Shown one piece after another: positions 1 through 10,155 of a DNA stretch of 64,000 bases (position 1 is its first letter; each line of letters opens with the position of its first letter). The DNA is from an uncultured Clostridia bacterium (GTDB lineage Bacteria; Bacillota; Clostridia; TANB77; CAG-465). The DNA is taken from contig CAKOYA010000003.1 in the NCBI GenBank assembly GCA_934130325.1, positions 701-64,700 of the forward strand. The letters are read 5' to 3'. A program made the translations under genes and the position numbers. Under the pieces are notes generated by a model, which saw nothing but the letters and a program-made list of their open reading frames with translations, made no database searches and had not been told where the DNA came from.

Positions 1-2104
1 TTAATACTATTTCAGAAATATCTGGTGCATTTAATACATCTCTTCTTTGAGAATATATGATTTCTCTTTGTTTATTCATTACATCGTCATATTCTAATAC
101 ATTCTTTCTTATACTAAAGTTTCTTCCTTCAACCTTAGCTTGAGCTCCTTCGATCACACTTGTAAGCATTCTTTGTTCTATAGGAGTATCTTCTGGTAAC
201 CCCAATCTTTCTATTATTCCAGTCATCCTATCAGAACCAAACAATTTCATTAAATCATCTTCTAACGATATATAGAATTTTGTAACCCCGACATCGCCTT
301 GTCTACCAGAACGACCTCTTAACTGATTATCAATACGACGTGATTCATGTCTTTCACTACCAATTATTTTTAGTCCTCCAGCTTGTATTACTTTTTCTTT
401 ATTCTCCTCAAGTTCAGGTCTTAATTTTGCCTCAATTTCTTTCATTTCTTTCTTAGCTTTTATAACATCTTCGTTGTCATAATTAATAGGAGTTATAGCC
501 ATTTCTATAACATCTTGAGTAAATCCTCTTTTTCCTAATTCTTCTTTTACCAAATACTCTAGATTTCCACCAAGCATAATATCTGTACCACGTCCAGCCA
601 TATTAGTTGCTATAGTTACAGACTTATACTTTCCTGCTTGAGCTATGATTTCTGCTTCCTTTTCATGAAATTTAGCATTTAAAACTTTATGTGGTATTCT
701 TTCTTTAGTCAATAATTTACTAATAATCTCTGACTTATCAATAGAAACTGTACCTACAAGCACTGGTTGCCCTTTTTCATATGATTCTTTTACATCTTCA
801 ACAATCGCATTATATTTTGCTCTTTGAGTTTGATATACAACATCATCTAAATCTATTCTTTGAACAACTTTATTTGTAGGAATTTCTACTACATCTAATT
901 TATATATTCCTTTAAATTCATCTTCCTCTGTTTTAGCTGTACCAGTCATACCAGATAATTTATTATATAATCTAAAGAAATTTTGGAAAGTAATTGTTGC
1001 CAAAGTCTGACTTTCTGAAGCTACCTTCACATTTTCTTTTGCTTCAATTGCTTGGTGTAGCCCGTCACTATATCTTCTTCCCTGCATAATACGTCCAGTA
1101 AACTCATCTACTATAACTACTTGTCCATCTTTTACTATATAATCTTTATCTTTTTTCATTAATCCATAAGCACGAATAGCTTGATTTATATGATGTGATA
1201 TATTCAAATTATCTACATCTGACAAAGATTCAATTCCAAAGAATTTTTCTGCTTTTTTAGTTCCATTTTCTGTTAATGCAGCAGTATGTGCTTTTAAATC
1301 TACTATATAGTCAAATTCTTCCTGTGTTTCATCAAATTCTTTATCATTATTTTCTACTATAATTTTAGCTTTTAAGCCTTTAGCAAAACTATTAGCCTTT
1401 TCATACAAATCATTCTTTTTATCTACCATTCCAGATATTATTAATGGCGTTCTTGCTTCATCTATTAAAATAGAATCTATTTCATCTACTATTGCATAGT
1501 TCAATTCTCTTTGTACCATTGATTCCTTATTCATTGCCATATTATCTCTTAAATAGTCAAATCCAAATTCATTATTTGTACCATAAGTAATATCGGCAGA
1601 ATATGCTTCTTTTTTTTGCATTGGTAGCATTCCAGACACAACTAAACCAACACTTAACCCTAAAAATTTATATAGTTTTCCCATCCAGATACTATCTCTT
1701 TTTGCCAAATAATCATTTACAGTTATAACATGTACACCTTTTCCAGTTAAGGCATTTAAGTACACAGGTAATGTAGCAACTAATGTTTTACCTTCACCAG
1801 TCTTCATTTCTGCTATTCTTCCTTGATGAAGAATTATTCCACCTATTAACTGAACTCTAAAATGTCTCATATTTAATACTCTACTTGAAGCTTCGGCCAC
1901 CACTGCATATGCTTCTGGTAATATATCATCCAAAGTTTCACCATTATTTAATCTTTGTTTAAATTCATCAGTTTTAGCTCTTAACTTTTCGTCTGATAAA
2001 TCTTTTAATCCCTTTTCAATTTCTTCTATTTTATCAACAATAGGTATTATCTTTTTTATTTCTCTTTTACTATATGAACCAAATATTTTTTCAATTAACT
2101 TCAT
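1..2104 (-). CDS. secA: Preprotein translocase ATPase SecA, N-terminal ~700 aa; the 3' end runs off the window
   Basis: The reverse complement from ATG (2104-2102) reads [21 protein letters not shown]..., a typical SecA N-terminus. The frame is open to the window edge, so it is absent from the ORF track. Confidence 0.93.
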   Translation of the reverse strand, partial: MKLIEKIFGSYSKREIKKIIPIVDKIEEIEKGLKDLSDEKLRAKTDEFKQRLNNGETLDDILPEAYAVVAEASSRVLNMRHFRVQLIGGIILHQGRIAEMKTGEGKTLVATLPVYLNALTGKGVHVITVNDYLAKRDSIWMGKLYKFLGLSVGLVVSGMLPMQKKEAYSADITYGTNNEFGFDYLRDNMAMNKESMVQRELNYAIVDEIDSILIDEARTPLIISGMVDKKNDLYEKANSFAKGLKAKIIVENNDKEFDETQEEFDYIVDLKAHTAALTENGTKKAEKFFGIESLSDVDNLNISHHINQAIRAYGLMKKDKDYIVKDGQVVIVDEFTGRIMQGRRYSDGLHQAIEAKENVKVASESQTLATITFQNFFRLYNKLSGMTGTAKTEEDEFKGIYKLDVVEIPTNKVVQRIDLDDVVYQTQRAKYNAIVEDVKESYEKGQPVLVGTVSIDKSEIISKLLTKERIPHKVLNAKFHEKEAEIIAQAGKYKSVTIATNMAGRGTDIMLGGNLEYLVKEELGKRGFTQDVIEMAITPINYDNEDVIKAKKEMKEIEAKLRPELEENKEKVIQAGGLKIIGSERHESRRIDNQLRGRSGRQGDVGVTKFYISLEDDLMKLFGSDRMTGIIERLGLPEDTPIEQRMLTSVIEGAQAKVEGRNFSIRKNVLEYDDVMNKQREIIYSQRRDVLNAPDISEIVL

Positions 2105-2250
2105 TTTATACACCTCATAATATTCTCGATGTATTATATCACAATTTTTTTTATATTTAAACCATTTTATAAAATTTAAACATATAATTTGAATTTTTCG
2201 TATAATTACAAAAAAAGAGCCTAATGCCCTTTTATATTTGTTTATTAATA

Positions 2251-2994
2251 TTATAGTATTTTTTGAACTCTTCCCACTTTACCATCTGTAAGCCTTACTT
2301 TTATCCCTCTATGATGAATTGAACTATTTGTTAATATTTTTTCAACTATTCCTTCTGTTAAGATACCCGTTTTCTGATCTTTTTTTAGTACGATAGCTAC
2401 TTTTATACCTGGTCTTATATTAACTCTATACGTATTCTTATAATCCTTACTCAAAACTTTTTTATTAAAAAAGGTGTTATACATTTTTTGTGAAATTGGT
2501 TTTAAAGTTTCAAAATTTTCTAACGCATTTAAACTGATAAGTTTTGACTGTTTTATAGCAAACTCATACATATCTTTAGTTATATCACCAATTTTTAATG
2601 CTCTATCTAATTCGTCTTTATCTAATAAAAATATTTCTTTATCCATAGTAATTACTACATCAAGATATAAATCCTCATAAAAAGGCATATTTCTATCATC
2701 TAAAAAATTACTATATGTAACATCAAAATAAAATTCTATAACATTCCCTAATTTATCATATGTCATTGTTAAGCTATAGTTTTCTCCTATAGGAAGTATT
2801 TGAATATATGTGTATCCTGAATCTAGTATTATTTTTTGTCTCTCTTTTCTTTTTACAACCAAAGGTTTTTCAATTTTTTTAATCTTCATTGCAAATATAT
2901 AATACTCTATTTCATTTTTTAATACTTTTATCATCTTAGAATAACTATATTCAATTCCATTTTTTCCTCTTTTATCTAAAGGTTTTATTTCCAT
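2251..2994 (-). CDS. Fusion protein: N-terminal DUF402 (Ntdp/FomD-like nucleoside phosphatase fold) plus C-terminal YwbE-like (DUF2196) domain
   Basis: The motifs [10 protein letters not shown]...LLDKDELD fit DUF402. The tail [47 protein letters not shown] closely resembles B. subtilis YwbE. Confidence 0.65.
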   Translation of the reverse strand: MEIKPLDKRGKNGIEYSYSKMIKVLKNEIEYYIFAMKIKKIEKPLVVKRKERQKIILDSGYTYIQILPIGENYSLTMTYDKLGNVIEFYFDVTYSNFLDDRNMPFYEDLYLDVVITMDKEIFLLDKDELDRALKIGDITKDMYEFAIKQSKLISLNALENFETLKPISQKMYNTFFNKKVLSKDYKNTYRVNIRPGIKVAIVLKKDQKTGILTEGIVEKILTNSSIHHRGIKVRLTDGKVGRVQKIL

Positions 2995-3019
2995 ATAAAG
3001 TCCTCTTTACTTATACATA

Positions 3020-3049
3020 AAATTTGAGAGTCTTTTAACTCTCAAATTT
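3020..3049 (-). terminator. Rho-independent terminator hairpin downstream of the zinc-ribbon gene
   Basis: AAATTTGAGAG-tcttttaa-CTCTCAAATTT with flanking T/A runs. Confidence 0.6.
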
Positions 3050-3055
3050 TAATAA

Positions 3056-3577
3056 CTATTTTTCTATATTATATCCACACTTTGTACAAAATTTTGAACC
3101 TGGTGCACATACAAGGCCACACTGTGGACATACTTTTTCAACTAATTTAACAGTTTCTTCTTCTTTTTCAACCTTCTTTTCTTCTTTTATCTTAACTGGT
3201 TTTTGCTTTTTACCACAATTTGCACAAAATGCCGCCTCAGTAGAAATTATTTCTCCACATTCTTCACAACTTCTAAGTCCTTTATTATATAAAATTGTTT
3301 TATTTTTTTCTTCTATATCCTTTTTCATTTTATCAATCTTTTTACATTCTTTTGTGAAACCTTTTCCTACATCATCGCCAGACTTGTATAATTCATATAC
3401 AGTTTTCCCCATATCCTCATAAGTTTTTTGAATATCTGATTCAATTTCAGATATTGATATTTTTAACTTTGCATCATTAATCAACTTACCAGATTTATCT
3501 GCAACTGTATTATATGTATCTGTAGCTGTTTTTCCAACTATCTTAGATATTTCTGTTACTTTTTTCATAAATTCCAT
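3056..3577 (-). CDS. Double zinc-ribbon protein with an N-terminal coiled region
   Basis: Two CxxC...CxxC ribbons (CEECG..CANCG; CPQCG..CTKCG). The start was refined to MEFMKK (ATG 3577), which is preceded by AAAGGGG. Confidence 0.6.
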   Translation of the reverse strand: MEFMKKVTEISKIVGKTATDTYNTVADKSGKLINDAKLKISISEIESDIQKTYEDMGKTVYELYKSGDDVGKGFTKECKKIDKMKKDIEEKNKTILYNKGLRSCEECGEIISTEAAFCANCGKKQKPVKIKEEKKVEKEEETVKLVEKVCPQCGLVCAPGSKFCTKCGYNIEK

Positions 3578-3812
3578 ATCTATTACCCCTTTCTTACTTA
3601 TATATATACCACAACAAAACAATATATTCAAGTAATAAAATAAAATATTATAATTATTTACATTTATTAATTTAAAAATTCCAGGTATTAAATCAGTAAA
3701 AAAACTTCAACTAAATTTAAGTAATATTACTTAAATTTATATTAAAAGAAATCGAAAATTTGATTTCTAATAATAATGATTTACATCAATTTTTTTATCG
3801 ATTCCTTTTTTA

Positions 3813-6245
3813 CTATTTCTTATTAATTACAATCTTGCTATCGACTAAATCAATATTTACATTATCTCCATCTTTTATTTTTTTATCCAATATTGCCTCT
3901 GCAAATTTATCTTCAATATTACTCTGTATAGCACGTCTTAAAGGTCTTGCACCATAAGTATCATCAAAGCCTACTTTTGAAATATAATCTATTACGTCTT
4001 CTGATATACTTATTTTCATTTTTCTATCTTTTATTCTATTTTCAAATTCTTTAAGCATTAATCTAGTTATCTTTTTTATGCTCTCTGTATCTAATTTTTT
4101 AAATACAATTATTTCATCTAGCCTATTTAAAAATTCTGGTCTAAACACTTTTTTTAATTCATTCATAACCTCAGATTTTGTTTGTTCATAGTCCTCTTCT
4201 GCTTTTTCTTTAGTTACAAATCCTAATTTTTTATGTTCTACTATATTTCTTGCACCTGCATTAGAAGTCATTATAATTACTGAATTTTTAAAACTTACAG
4301 TTCTTCCATTTGAGTCAGTAAGCCTACCATCTTCTAAAATTTGCAATAACATATTAAATACATCAGGATGTGCCTTTTCTATTTCATCAAACAATACTAT
4401 ACTATACGGTTTACGTCTTATCTGTTCTGTTAATTGTCCTCCATCATCATAACCTACATACCCCGGAGGTGAACCAATTAATTTTGAAATACTATGTGGT
4501 TCCATATATTCAGACATATCTAGTCTTATCATTGCATTTTCATCACCAAACAAATTCTCAGCAAGTGCTTTTGTAAGTTCTGTTTTTCCAACACCAGTAG
4601 GTCCTAATAACATGAAAGAACCTATTGGTCTTTTTTCATCTTTCAAGCCAACTCTTGCTCTTTTTATGGCTCTTGCTAATGATTCAACTGCTTCATCTTG
4701 GCCAATAACTCTCTTTTTTAAAATAGTATCCAATTCTTTTAATCTTTTACTTTCACTTTCAGTAAGTTTAGACACTGGTATTTTTGTCCAGCTTGATATA
4801 ACATCACATATATCATTTTTAGTAACACTTACTACTTTTGATTTTTCTTTTTTCTCCCAATCTTGTTTTTGTTTTTCTAATTCATCTTTTAGATTTTTTT
4901 CTTCATCTCTTAGCTTTGCAGCTTTTTCAAAAGATTGTGAAATTATTGCTTCTTCCTTTTCTTTTGAAATTTTCTCTTTTCTTTTTTCTAAGTCCTTTAT
5001 GCTCTTTGGCATAGTTACATTTTTTAACTTTATTTTAGAACAAGCTTCATCTATTAAATCAATAGCTTTATCTGGTAAAAATCTATCGTTTATATACCTT
5101 TGAGATAATGTGACTGCTTCAGTTATAGCTTCATTAGTTATTTTAACTTTATGATGTGCTTCATATTTATCTTTTAATCCATTTAAAATTTTTATTGTAT
5201 CTTCTGTATTTGGCTCATCAATTAACACACTTTGAAATCTTCTTTCAAGTGCACTATCTTTTTCTATATATTTTCTATATTCATTTAAAGTAGTAGCCCC
5301 TATTATTTGAACTTCACCTCTAGACAATAAAGGCTTTAATATATTTGCAGCATCCATTGCGCCTTCTGCTGCCCCGGCTCCAATTATTGTATGCATTTCA
5401 TCTATGAACAATATAACATTACCTGCTTTTTTGATTTCTTGAAGAGATTTTTTTAGTCTCTCCTCAAAATCCCCTCTATATTTAGCTCCCGCAATCATTG
5501 ATGACATATCAAGTGAAACAACTCTTTTGTTACTTAATATTTCAGGTACTTTGTGTTCAATAATCATTTGAGATAATCCTTCAACTACGGCTGTTTTTCC
5601 AACACCGGGTTCTCCAATCAATACAGGATTATTTTTAGTTCTTCTACTTAATATTTCAATTATTCTTTGAATTTCTGAATTTCTTCCAATAACAGGATCT
5701 ATTTTTCCTTCCTTAGCAAGCAAAGTTAAATCTTTTCCATATTGGTTTAATGTTGGTGTATTATTTGCACCAGATTTAACCTGTTCACTCCCTTCTGAAT
5801 ACATTGAAATAGGAGAATCTTCGCTAAGTAATCTTAAAAGATCAGCAAATATTTTTTGTGGGTCAATATTTGCATCGATTAAAATTCTAACTGCCACACT
5901 ATCTATTTCTCTCATAAGAGATAACAAAATATGCTCTGTTCCTACATAATTTTGTCCCATTCTTTTAGCTTCTCTTGAACTGTTTTCTATAATTCTCTTA
6001 GCTCTTGGGGTAAATTCTGGATTTCCATCTAGTGTATTCATAACACCATCAATTTTTTCTATTTCTTCTTGCACATACTCAGGTATAAGGCCTTGATTTG
6101 CTAAAATTTTACAAGCAAGTCCTTCGCCTTCTGAAATTAATCCATAAAGTATATGCTCTGTCCCTATAAAAGAATAATTATGTTTTATTGCAAATTCTTT
6201 TGAAATTTCTAATACTTTAGCCGCTCTTTCTGTGAATTCATACAT
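3813..6245 (-). CDS. clpC: ATP-dependent Clp protease ATP-binding subunit ClpC
   Basis: 810 aa with Clp_N repeats, two Walker A motifs (GEPGVGKT, GPTGVGKT) and a UVR-like middle region, in operon context with mcsA and mcsB. Confidence 0.95.
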   Translation of the reverse strand: MYEFTERAAKVLEISKEFAIKHNYSFIGTEHILYGLISEGEGLACKILANQGLIPEYVQEEIEKIDGVMNTLDGNPEFTPRAKRIIENSSREAKRMGQNYVGTEHILLSLMREIDSVAVRILIDANIDPQKIFADLLRLLSEDSPISMYSEGSEQVKSGANNTPTLNQYGKDLTLLAKEGKIDPVIGRNSEIQRIIEILSRRTKNNPVLIGEPGVGKTAVVEGLSQMIIEHKVPEILSNKRVVSLDMSSMIAGAKYRGDFEERLKKSLQEIKKAGNVILFIDEMHTIIGAGAAEGAMDAANILKPLLSRGEVQIIGATTLNEYRKYIEKDSALERRFQSVLIDEPNTEDTIKILNGLKDKYEAHHKVKITNEAITEAVTLSQRYINDRFLPDKAIDLIDEACSKIKLKNVTMPKSIKDLEKRKEKISKEKEEAIISQSFEKAAKLRDEEKNLKDELEKQKQDWEKKEKSKVVSVTKNDICDVISSWTKIPVSKLTESESKRLKELDTILKKRVIGQDEAVESLARAIKRARVGLKDEKRPIGSFMLLGPTGVGKTELTKALAENLFGDENAMIRLDMSEYMEPHSISKLIGSPPGYVGYDDGGQLTEQIRRKPYSIVLFDEIEKAHPDVFNMLLQILEDGRLTDSNGRTVSFKNSVIIMTSNAGARNIVEHKKLGFVTKEKAEEDYEQTKSEVMNELKKVFRPEFLNRLDEIIVFKKLDTESIKKITRLMLKEFENRIKDRKMKISISEDVIDYISKVGFDDTYGARPLRRAIQSNIEDKFAEAILDKKIKDGDNVNIDLVDSKIVINKK

Positions 6246-6246
6246 A

Positions 6247-7242
6247 TTATTTCAACTCCTCCCTTATATATTTAGCTCTAGCTATTAATTCCTCTTTCCT
6301 AGATAAATCTTTTTTCAGATTTAATCTTAAAGTATTGCTTAATATATCAACCATTAATTTTTGAATATTTTCTAATTTAGTATCCTTAATCATATCAATG
6401 GATACTCCAAGCCTTACCTTTGAGAGTAATTTTAAAGCTTCTTCTTCAGATATAACTCTTGCATTCTTTAAAATACCATATGCTCTATAAATTTCATCTT
6501 CAAATTGTAAATTTCCTTCTTTTAATACTTCCCTTGCTTTTCTTTCCTGCTCAACTATAGAAGTAACGATAGCCTTTAGACCTGCTATAATATTTTCATC
6601 ACTCATTCCTAAAGTTTTTTGATTTGATATTTGATACATATAACCGTCACCACTAGTATTTTCGCCATACAATCCCCTTACAGATACACCAATACTGGCA
6701 GCTTGATCTAATAACTTATTTAAAAGTCCAATTCTTGCTAAAGCCGGTAAATGCAATAATACAGATACTCTCATCCCACTTCCGACATTTGTAGGACATG
6801 ATGTTATATATCCATATTTTTCATTTTTACAAAATTCAATTTTTCTTTCTAATGAATCAGTAAACTCTTCTAATTTTTCATAACATCTATCTATATTAAA
6901 TCCCGGTTCAAAAGATTGAATTCTTAAATGATCTTCTTCGTTTACCATTGCTACTATCGAATTGTCCTTACTTGTTATAATTGCTCCTAAATCATTTGGA
7001 ACAAATTCCTTAGAAATTATATGTTGTTCCATTAAACTTAGTTTAGTTATATCATCTATATTACTCATTCTTAATAAAGAATATTTGGTAATATCAATCT
7101 TTTTTTCTAACAAATTTATTATTTCTTTTTTCTCATTATCATTCATTATACTAGGAAAATTATATCCACGTATGTTTCTTGCAAACCTAATTCTTGAACT
7201 AATTACTACATCCGAATCCTTAGAAACCTCTTTAAACCACAT
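6247..7242 (-). CDS. mcsB: Protein arginine kinase McsB
   Basis: ATP:guanido phosphotransferase motifs (CPTNVGSGMR, EEDHLRIQ), positioned between mcsA and clpC. Confidence 0.9.
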   Translation of the reverse strand: MWFKEVSKDSDVVISSRIRFARNIRGYNFPSIMNDNEKKEIINLLEKKIDITKYSLLRMSNIDDITKLSLMEQHIISKEFVPNDLGAIITSKDNSIVAMVNEEDHLRIQSFEPGFNIDRCYEKLEEFTDSLERKIEFCKNEKYGYITSCPTNVGSGMRVSVLLHLPALARIGLLNKLLDQAASIGVSVRGLYGENTSGDGYMYQISNQKTLGMSDENIIAGLKAIVTSIVEQERKAREVLKEGNLQFEDEIYRAYGILKNARVISEEEALKLLSKVRLGVSIDMIKDTKLENIQKLMVDILSNTLRLNLKKDLSRKEELIARAKYIREELK

Positions 7243-7254
7243 AAATTATTACAC

Positions 7255-7728
7255 CTACTTTCCCTGAAGTTTTTTTATTTCATCTCTAATTATTGCTGCT
7301 TCTTCATATTTTTCCTGGTCAATTAAAGATTTTATTTTTTCTTTTAATTCTTCAACCTTTTCAGCATTTTTTTCCTCTTGAGTTTTAGGATTTTTCTTTT
7401 CAATCGCTATATGTCTATTTTTACCATGTAATTTCAAAAATAATTCATCTAATGTATCCTCAAAGGTATTGTAGCATTCTTCACACCCAAACACACCTGT
7501 TTTAGAATAATTTTCTAACGTATAGCCACATTTTTTACATCTTTTTTGCTCGGGTTTTGAGAAAAACTCAGGAATAGAAACAAACATTGGCGAAAACAAA
7601 TCTGAAAAATTTACAAATCCCATTTTATCTGCACAACTTTCACACAGAAAAATTTCCTGTTTTTTACCATTAATATTCTCTTTATATCTTACAGTTGCTT
7701 CCTTTTTTCCACAACTTTGACATTTCAT
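7255..7728 (-). CDS. mcsA: McsA (zinc-finger/UVR-motif activator of McsB)
   Basis: CxxC pairs and a C-terminal UVR motif (YEEAAIIRDEIKKL). The start was refined to MKCQSCG (ATG 7728), 8 nt after GGAG. Confidence 0.85.
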   Translation of the reverse strand: MKCQSCGKKEATVRYKENINGKKQEIFLCESCADKMGFVNFSDLFSPMFVSIPEFFSKPEQKRCKKCGYTLENYSKTGVFGCEECYNTFEDTLDELFLKLHGKNRHIAIEKKNPKTQEEKNAEKVEELKEKIKSLIDQEKYEEAAIIRDEIKKLQGK

Positions 7729-7739
7729 AAAAATCACTC

Positions 7740-8190
7740 CTATTCTATTAAATTTACTATTAAATTTTTAAATATATCTGCCCTAATATAATCTCTTTGA
7801 AAATTATCAATTTTTTCTAAGCTTTTATCAGAAACTGCAATTTTAATTAAGTTAGCTGATTTTTTATCTAATATATTATAACTTAAGAAATCTTTTAAGT
7901 AAATGTCTATGACACTTTGCGACAATTTACTACCAATCTTGTCAAGAATATTAGCAATATACTCAGATTTACTAAGATCAACTTTCACAATTTTTATATA
8001 TCCTCCACCGTCCTCTTCTACTTTCTACATAAAATCCCATTTCGGGAGCAAATCTAGTTGAGATGACATAATTAATCTGAGAAGGGACACAATTAAACTT
8101 TGAAGCCAAATCACTCCTTTTTAATTCTATTTCATCACACTATTTTATAATATCCTTTATATATTCTTCTATTAAATCAGATAATTTCAA
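7740..8190 (-). pseudogene. ctsR: ctsR (class III heat-shock repressor) disrupted by an in-frame TAG (8140-8142) and a 1-nt insertion (C at 8010)
   Basis: Hand translation gives LKLSDLIEEYIKDIIK*CDEIELKRSDLASKFNCVPSQINYVISTRFAPEMGFYVESRRG. An extra C follows, then GGGYIKIVKVDLSK..., which continues into the 82-aa ORF. The span is 451 nt, which is 3n+1. Confidence 0.8.
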
Positions 8191-8212
8191 ACTCTCATCT
8201 CCATTTCCTAAC

Positions 8213-8229
8213 TTTGACTTTCTTTGACT
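8213..8229 (-). promoter_or_regulatory. CtsR operator (heptad direct repeat)
   Basis: The minus strand reads AGTCAAA-GAA-AGTCAAA, which matches the consensus RGTCAAANANRGTCAAA exactly. It lies immediately after the -10 box. Confidence 0.8.
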
Positions 8230-8258
8230 ATTATACAACCTTTTTTTATTTTTGTCAA
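8230..8258 (-). promoter_or_regulatory. SigA-type promoter of the ctsR-mcsA-mcsB-clpC operon
   Basis: TTGACA (8258-8253), a 17-nt spacer, then TATAAT (8235-8230). Confidence 0.7.
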
Positions 8259-8499
8259 GTACCAAACGTGTAAAGTGTATAATAAATAGTGAATATACCC
8301 GAATAAATTTTATATTTTTGAATTGAAAATGTTGTTCCTGTTTTTCTACATTTTCTAACTATAGATCTTTCTTCATCTGTATATCCTATGAACTTTTGAC
8401 CTTTTGAAGCCATAGAAAAATACACCTCCTTTCAGAAGTGTATTTTATCATATTTTGTGTAAATTTTTTTATTAATGTCTACTCTGTGGACGCAGTTCA
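8255..8499 (-). mobile_element. Truncated left end of an IS3-family element: terminal inverted repeat plus the first ~50 codons of an orfA-like HTH gene
   Basis: The minus strand starts TGAACTGCGTCCACAGAGTAGACA (TG...GACA-type IS3 end) at 8499. A strong RBS (GAAAGGAGGTG) precedes MASKGQKFIGYTDEERSIVRKCRKTG..., which decays into the ctsR promoter. No transposase body follows. Confidence 0.5.
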
Positions 8500-8639
8500 A
8501 TTTTTATTATAGTACCTTTTTTTACTTTACATATAATATCCTAAATACTTTTTTCTTCCTCCAATTTTTCATTAATTGCATTGATTATCCTCTTTTATAA
8601 TAATACTACATCCAAATCATATCTTCATAATACATCAAT

Positions 8640-9545
8640 TTAATCTGTTGTTTTGGTATATTCAAAAACTATAGTAGCTGGAAATTTTTTCCAATAAGTT
8701 CTATACCATTGAAATGTAAAATTATCAGCATGTGGCAAGATAGTATAACCACCTGTATTACCACTATCCCAAATATTTACTATTGGTATATACTCTGGAG
8801 TGTTAACATAGATAAAAGAATGAGACACATCTACTGTAACATATTCAACATTTGGGATATCTATTGTATAAAACTTTACACCTGATTCACTTTCCTTTTC
8901 CTCAGGTATATCAACAGCTTTTCTATATAACTTTTTTCCATTTATCCAAGTTCCAATTACAGTCTCTTCTTTTGAGTAAATTTCACTTGTACTATTATTT
9001 GAATTATTATTTTCTAAAGCTGATAACCTATCTAAAATGGAACTGTATTGTTTTTTACTTAAAGTGACATTTTCATCTTCACTATCAGCATCAACAGTTA
9101 GACTTACCCCGTCAATGGAAGCTAGTTGTAGAGAGTCATTAATTTCAAACTCATAAGGAAACTCCTTTAATTTAGTATAAATTGATGAACTATTCCCTAT
9201 ATTTATATCAGCACTCAAACTTGATAATTCATTATTTTTTGATTGAATATGTACATATTCAATTTCGCCATTTTCTTCAATATCTTTTTCTAAAGTGTTA
9301 GCCAACTCTTGCAATGTCGGTAATCTTTGTATTTTTACATAACTATCCATTTGAATAGCTGTTAATTTTAAATTCATTTTTTCAATAGCTGTCTTTTTAT
9401 TTTATTCTTCCGTTGCCCTTTTAGCATTAGATATAACATTATTATCTCCTACTAAATTTAAAATAACTACTGTTGCTAATATAACAATAACTATTATTGT
9501 TATAATCAAAACAATAAGAGATATTCCATATTTGTTTCTTACCAA
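8640..9545 (-). pseudogene. Prepilin-like N-terminus protein (paralog P1) with a tail-fibre-like C-terminal domain, interrupted by an in-frame TAA (9402-9404)
   Basis: The TTG start at 9545 gives MVRNKYGISLIVLIITIIVIVILATVVILNLVGDNNVISNAKRATEE*NKKTAIEK. This continues in the same frame into the 245-aa ORF (MNLKLTAIQMDSYV...). It aligns with paralogs P2 and P3 across the stop codon. Confidence 0.7.
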
Positions 9546-9751
9546 TTCTCATCAACTCCTTAGTTAAAATTATAATATATACAAATAAAAAAATCAACAT
9601 AATTAAAATACATTAAACAAAATATCTGTAATAAAAATGTCGTTTTTTGACTACAAATGTAGAATATATTGCATATTATTATTACCTTTATTAATATATT
9701 ATAGTAAATAATATTAACTTATATATAATTATAATTAAGGGGGATTCAATC

Positions 9752-10114
9752 ATGCGGTATGTAAATGATTTACCAGATTTTATGCTAAAACTTAGCTCAG
9801 ATATTAAAGAAATTGATATTTTTTCTTTACCAGATATTACTAACAAACGTGATAATAACTTGTGGGAAAAAGTATTAAATATAAAATTAAGTAAAATTTT
9901 TAAGCTGAAAATAGAAAAACTAAAATTTAATTTAATTTCATACAATCATAGAGATTTTTCTATACGTATTGAAAATATCACAATAAATAATTCAAACCTT
10001 ATTTCATTTTTAATTGATTATCTAAATAATAATGAATCTATACTAATTTATACAAATTTCTTTAATCGACCATTAGGCTATTTAATAATTTCTGGTGAAA
10101 AAAAATATATGTAG
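9752..10114 (+). CDS. Hypothetical protein (120 aa)
   Basis: The ORF has a good RBS (AAGGGGGATTCAATC-ATG). I recognise no family. Confidence 0.5.
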   Translation: MRYVNDLPDFMLKLSSDIKEIDIFSLPDITNKRDNNLWEKVLNIKLSKIFKLKIEKLKFNLISYNHRDFSIRIENITINNSNLISFLIDYLNNNESILIYTNFFNRPLGYLIISGEKKYM

Positions 10115-10127
10115 AATTTGCACTACT

Positions 10128-10155
10128 TTTGTCATTATTTGTCAAAAATTTGCTG
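10128..10155 (+). promoter_or_regulatory. Three phased TTTG(T/C)(C/T)(A/G) direct repeats just upstream of a TTGACT -35 box
   Basis: TTTGTCA-tta-TTTGTCA-aaaa-TTTGCTG, with starts at 10128, 10138 and 10149 (10-11 nt phasing). TTGACT follows at 10161. Confidence 0.3.
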
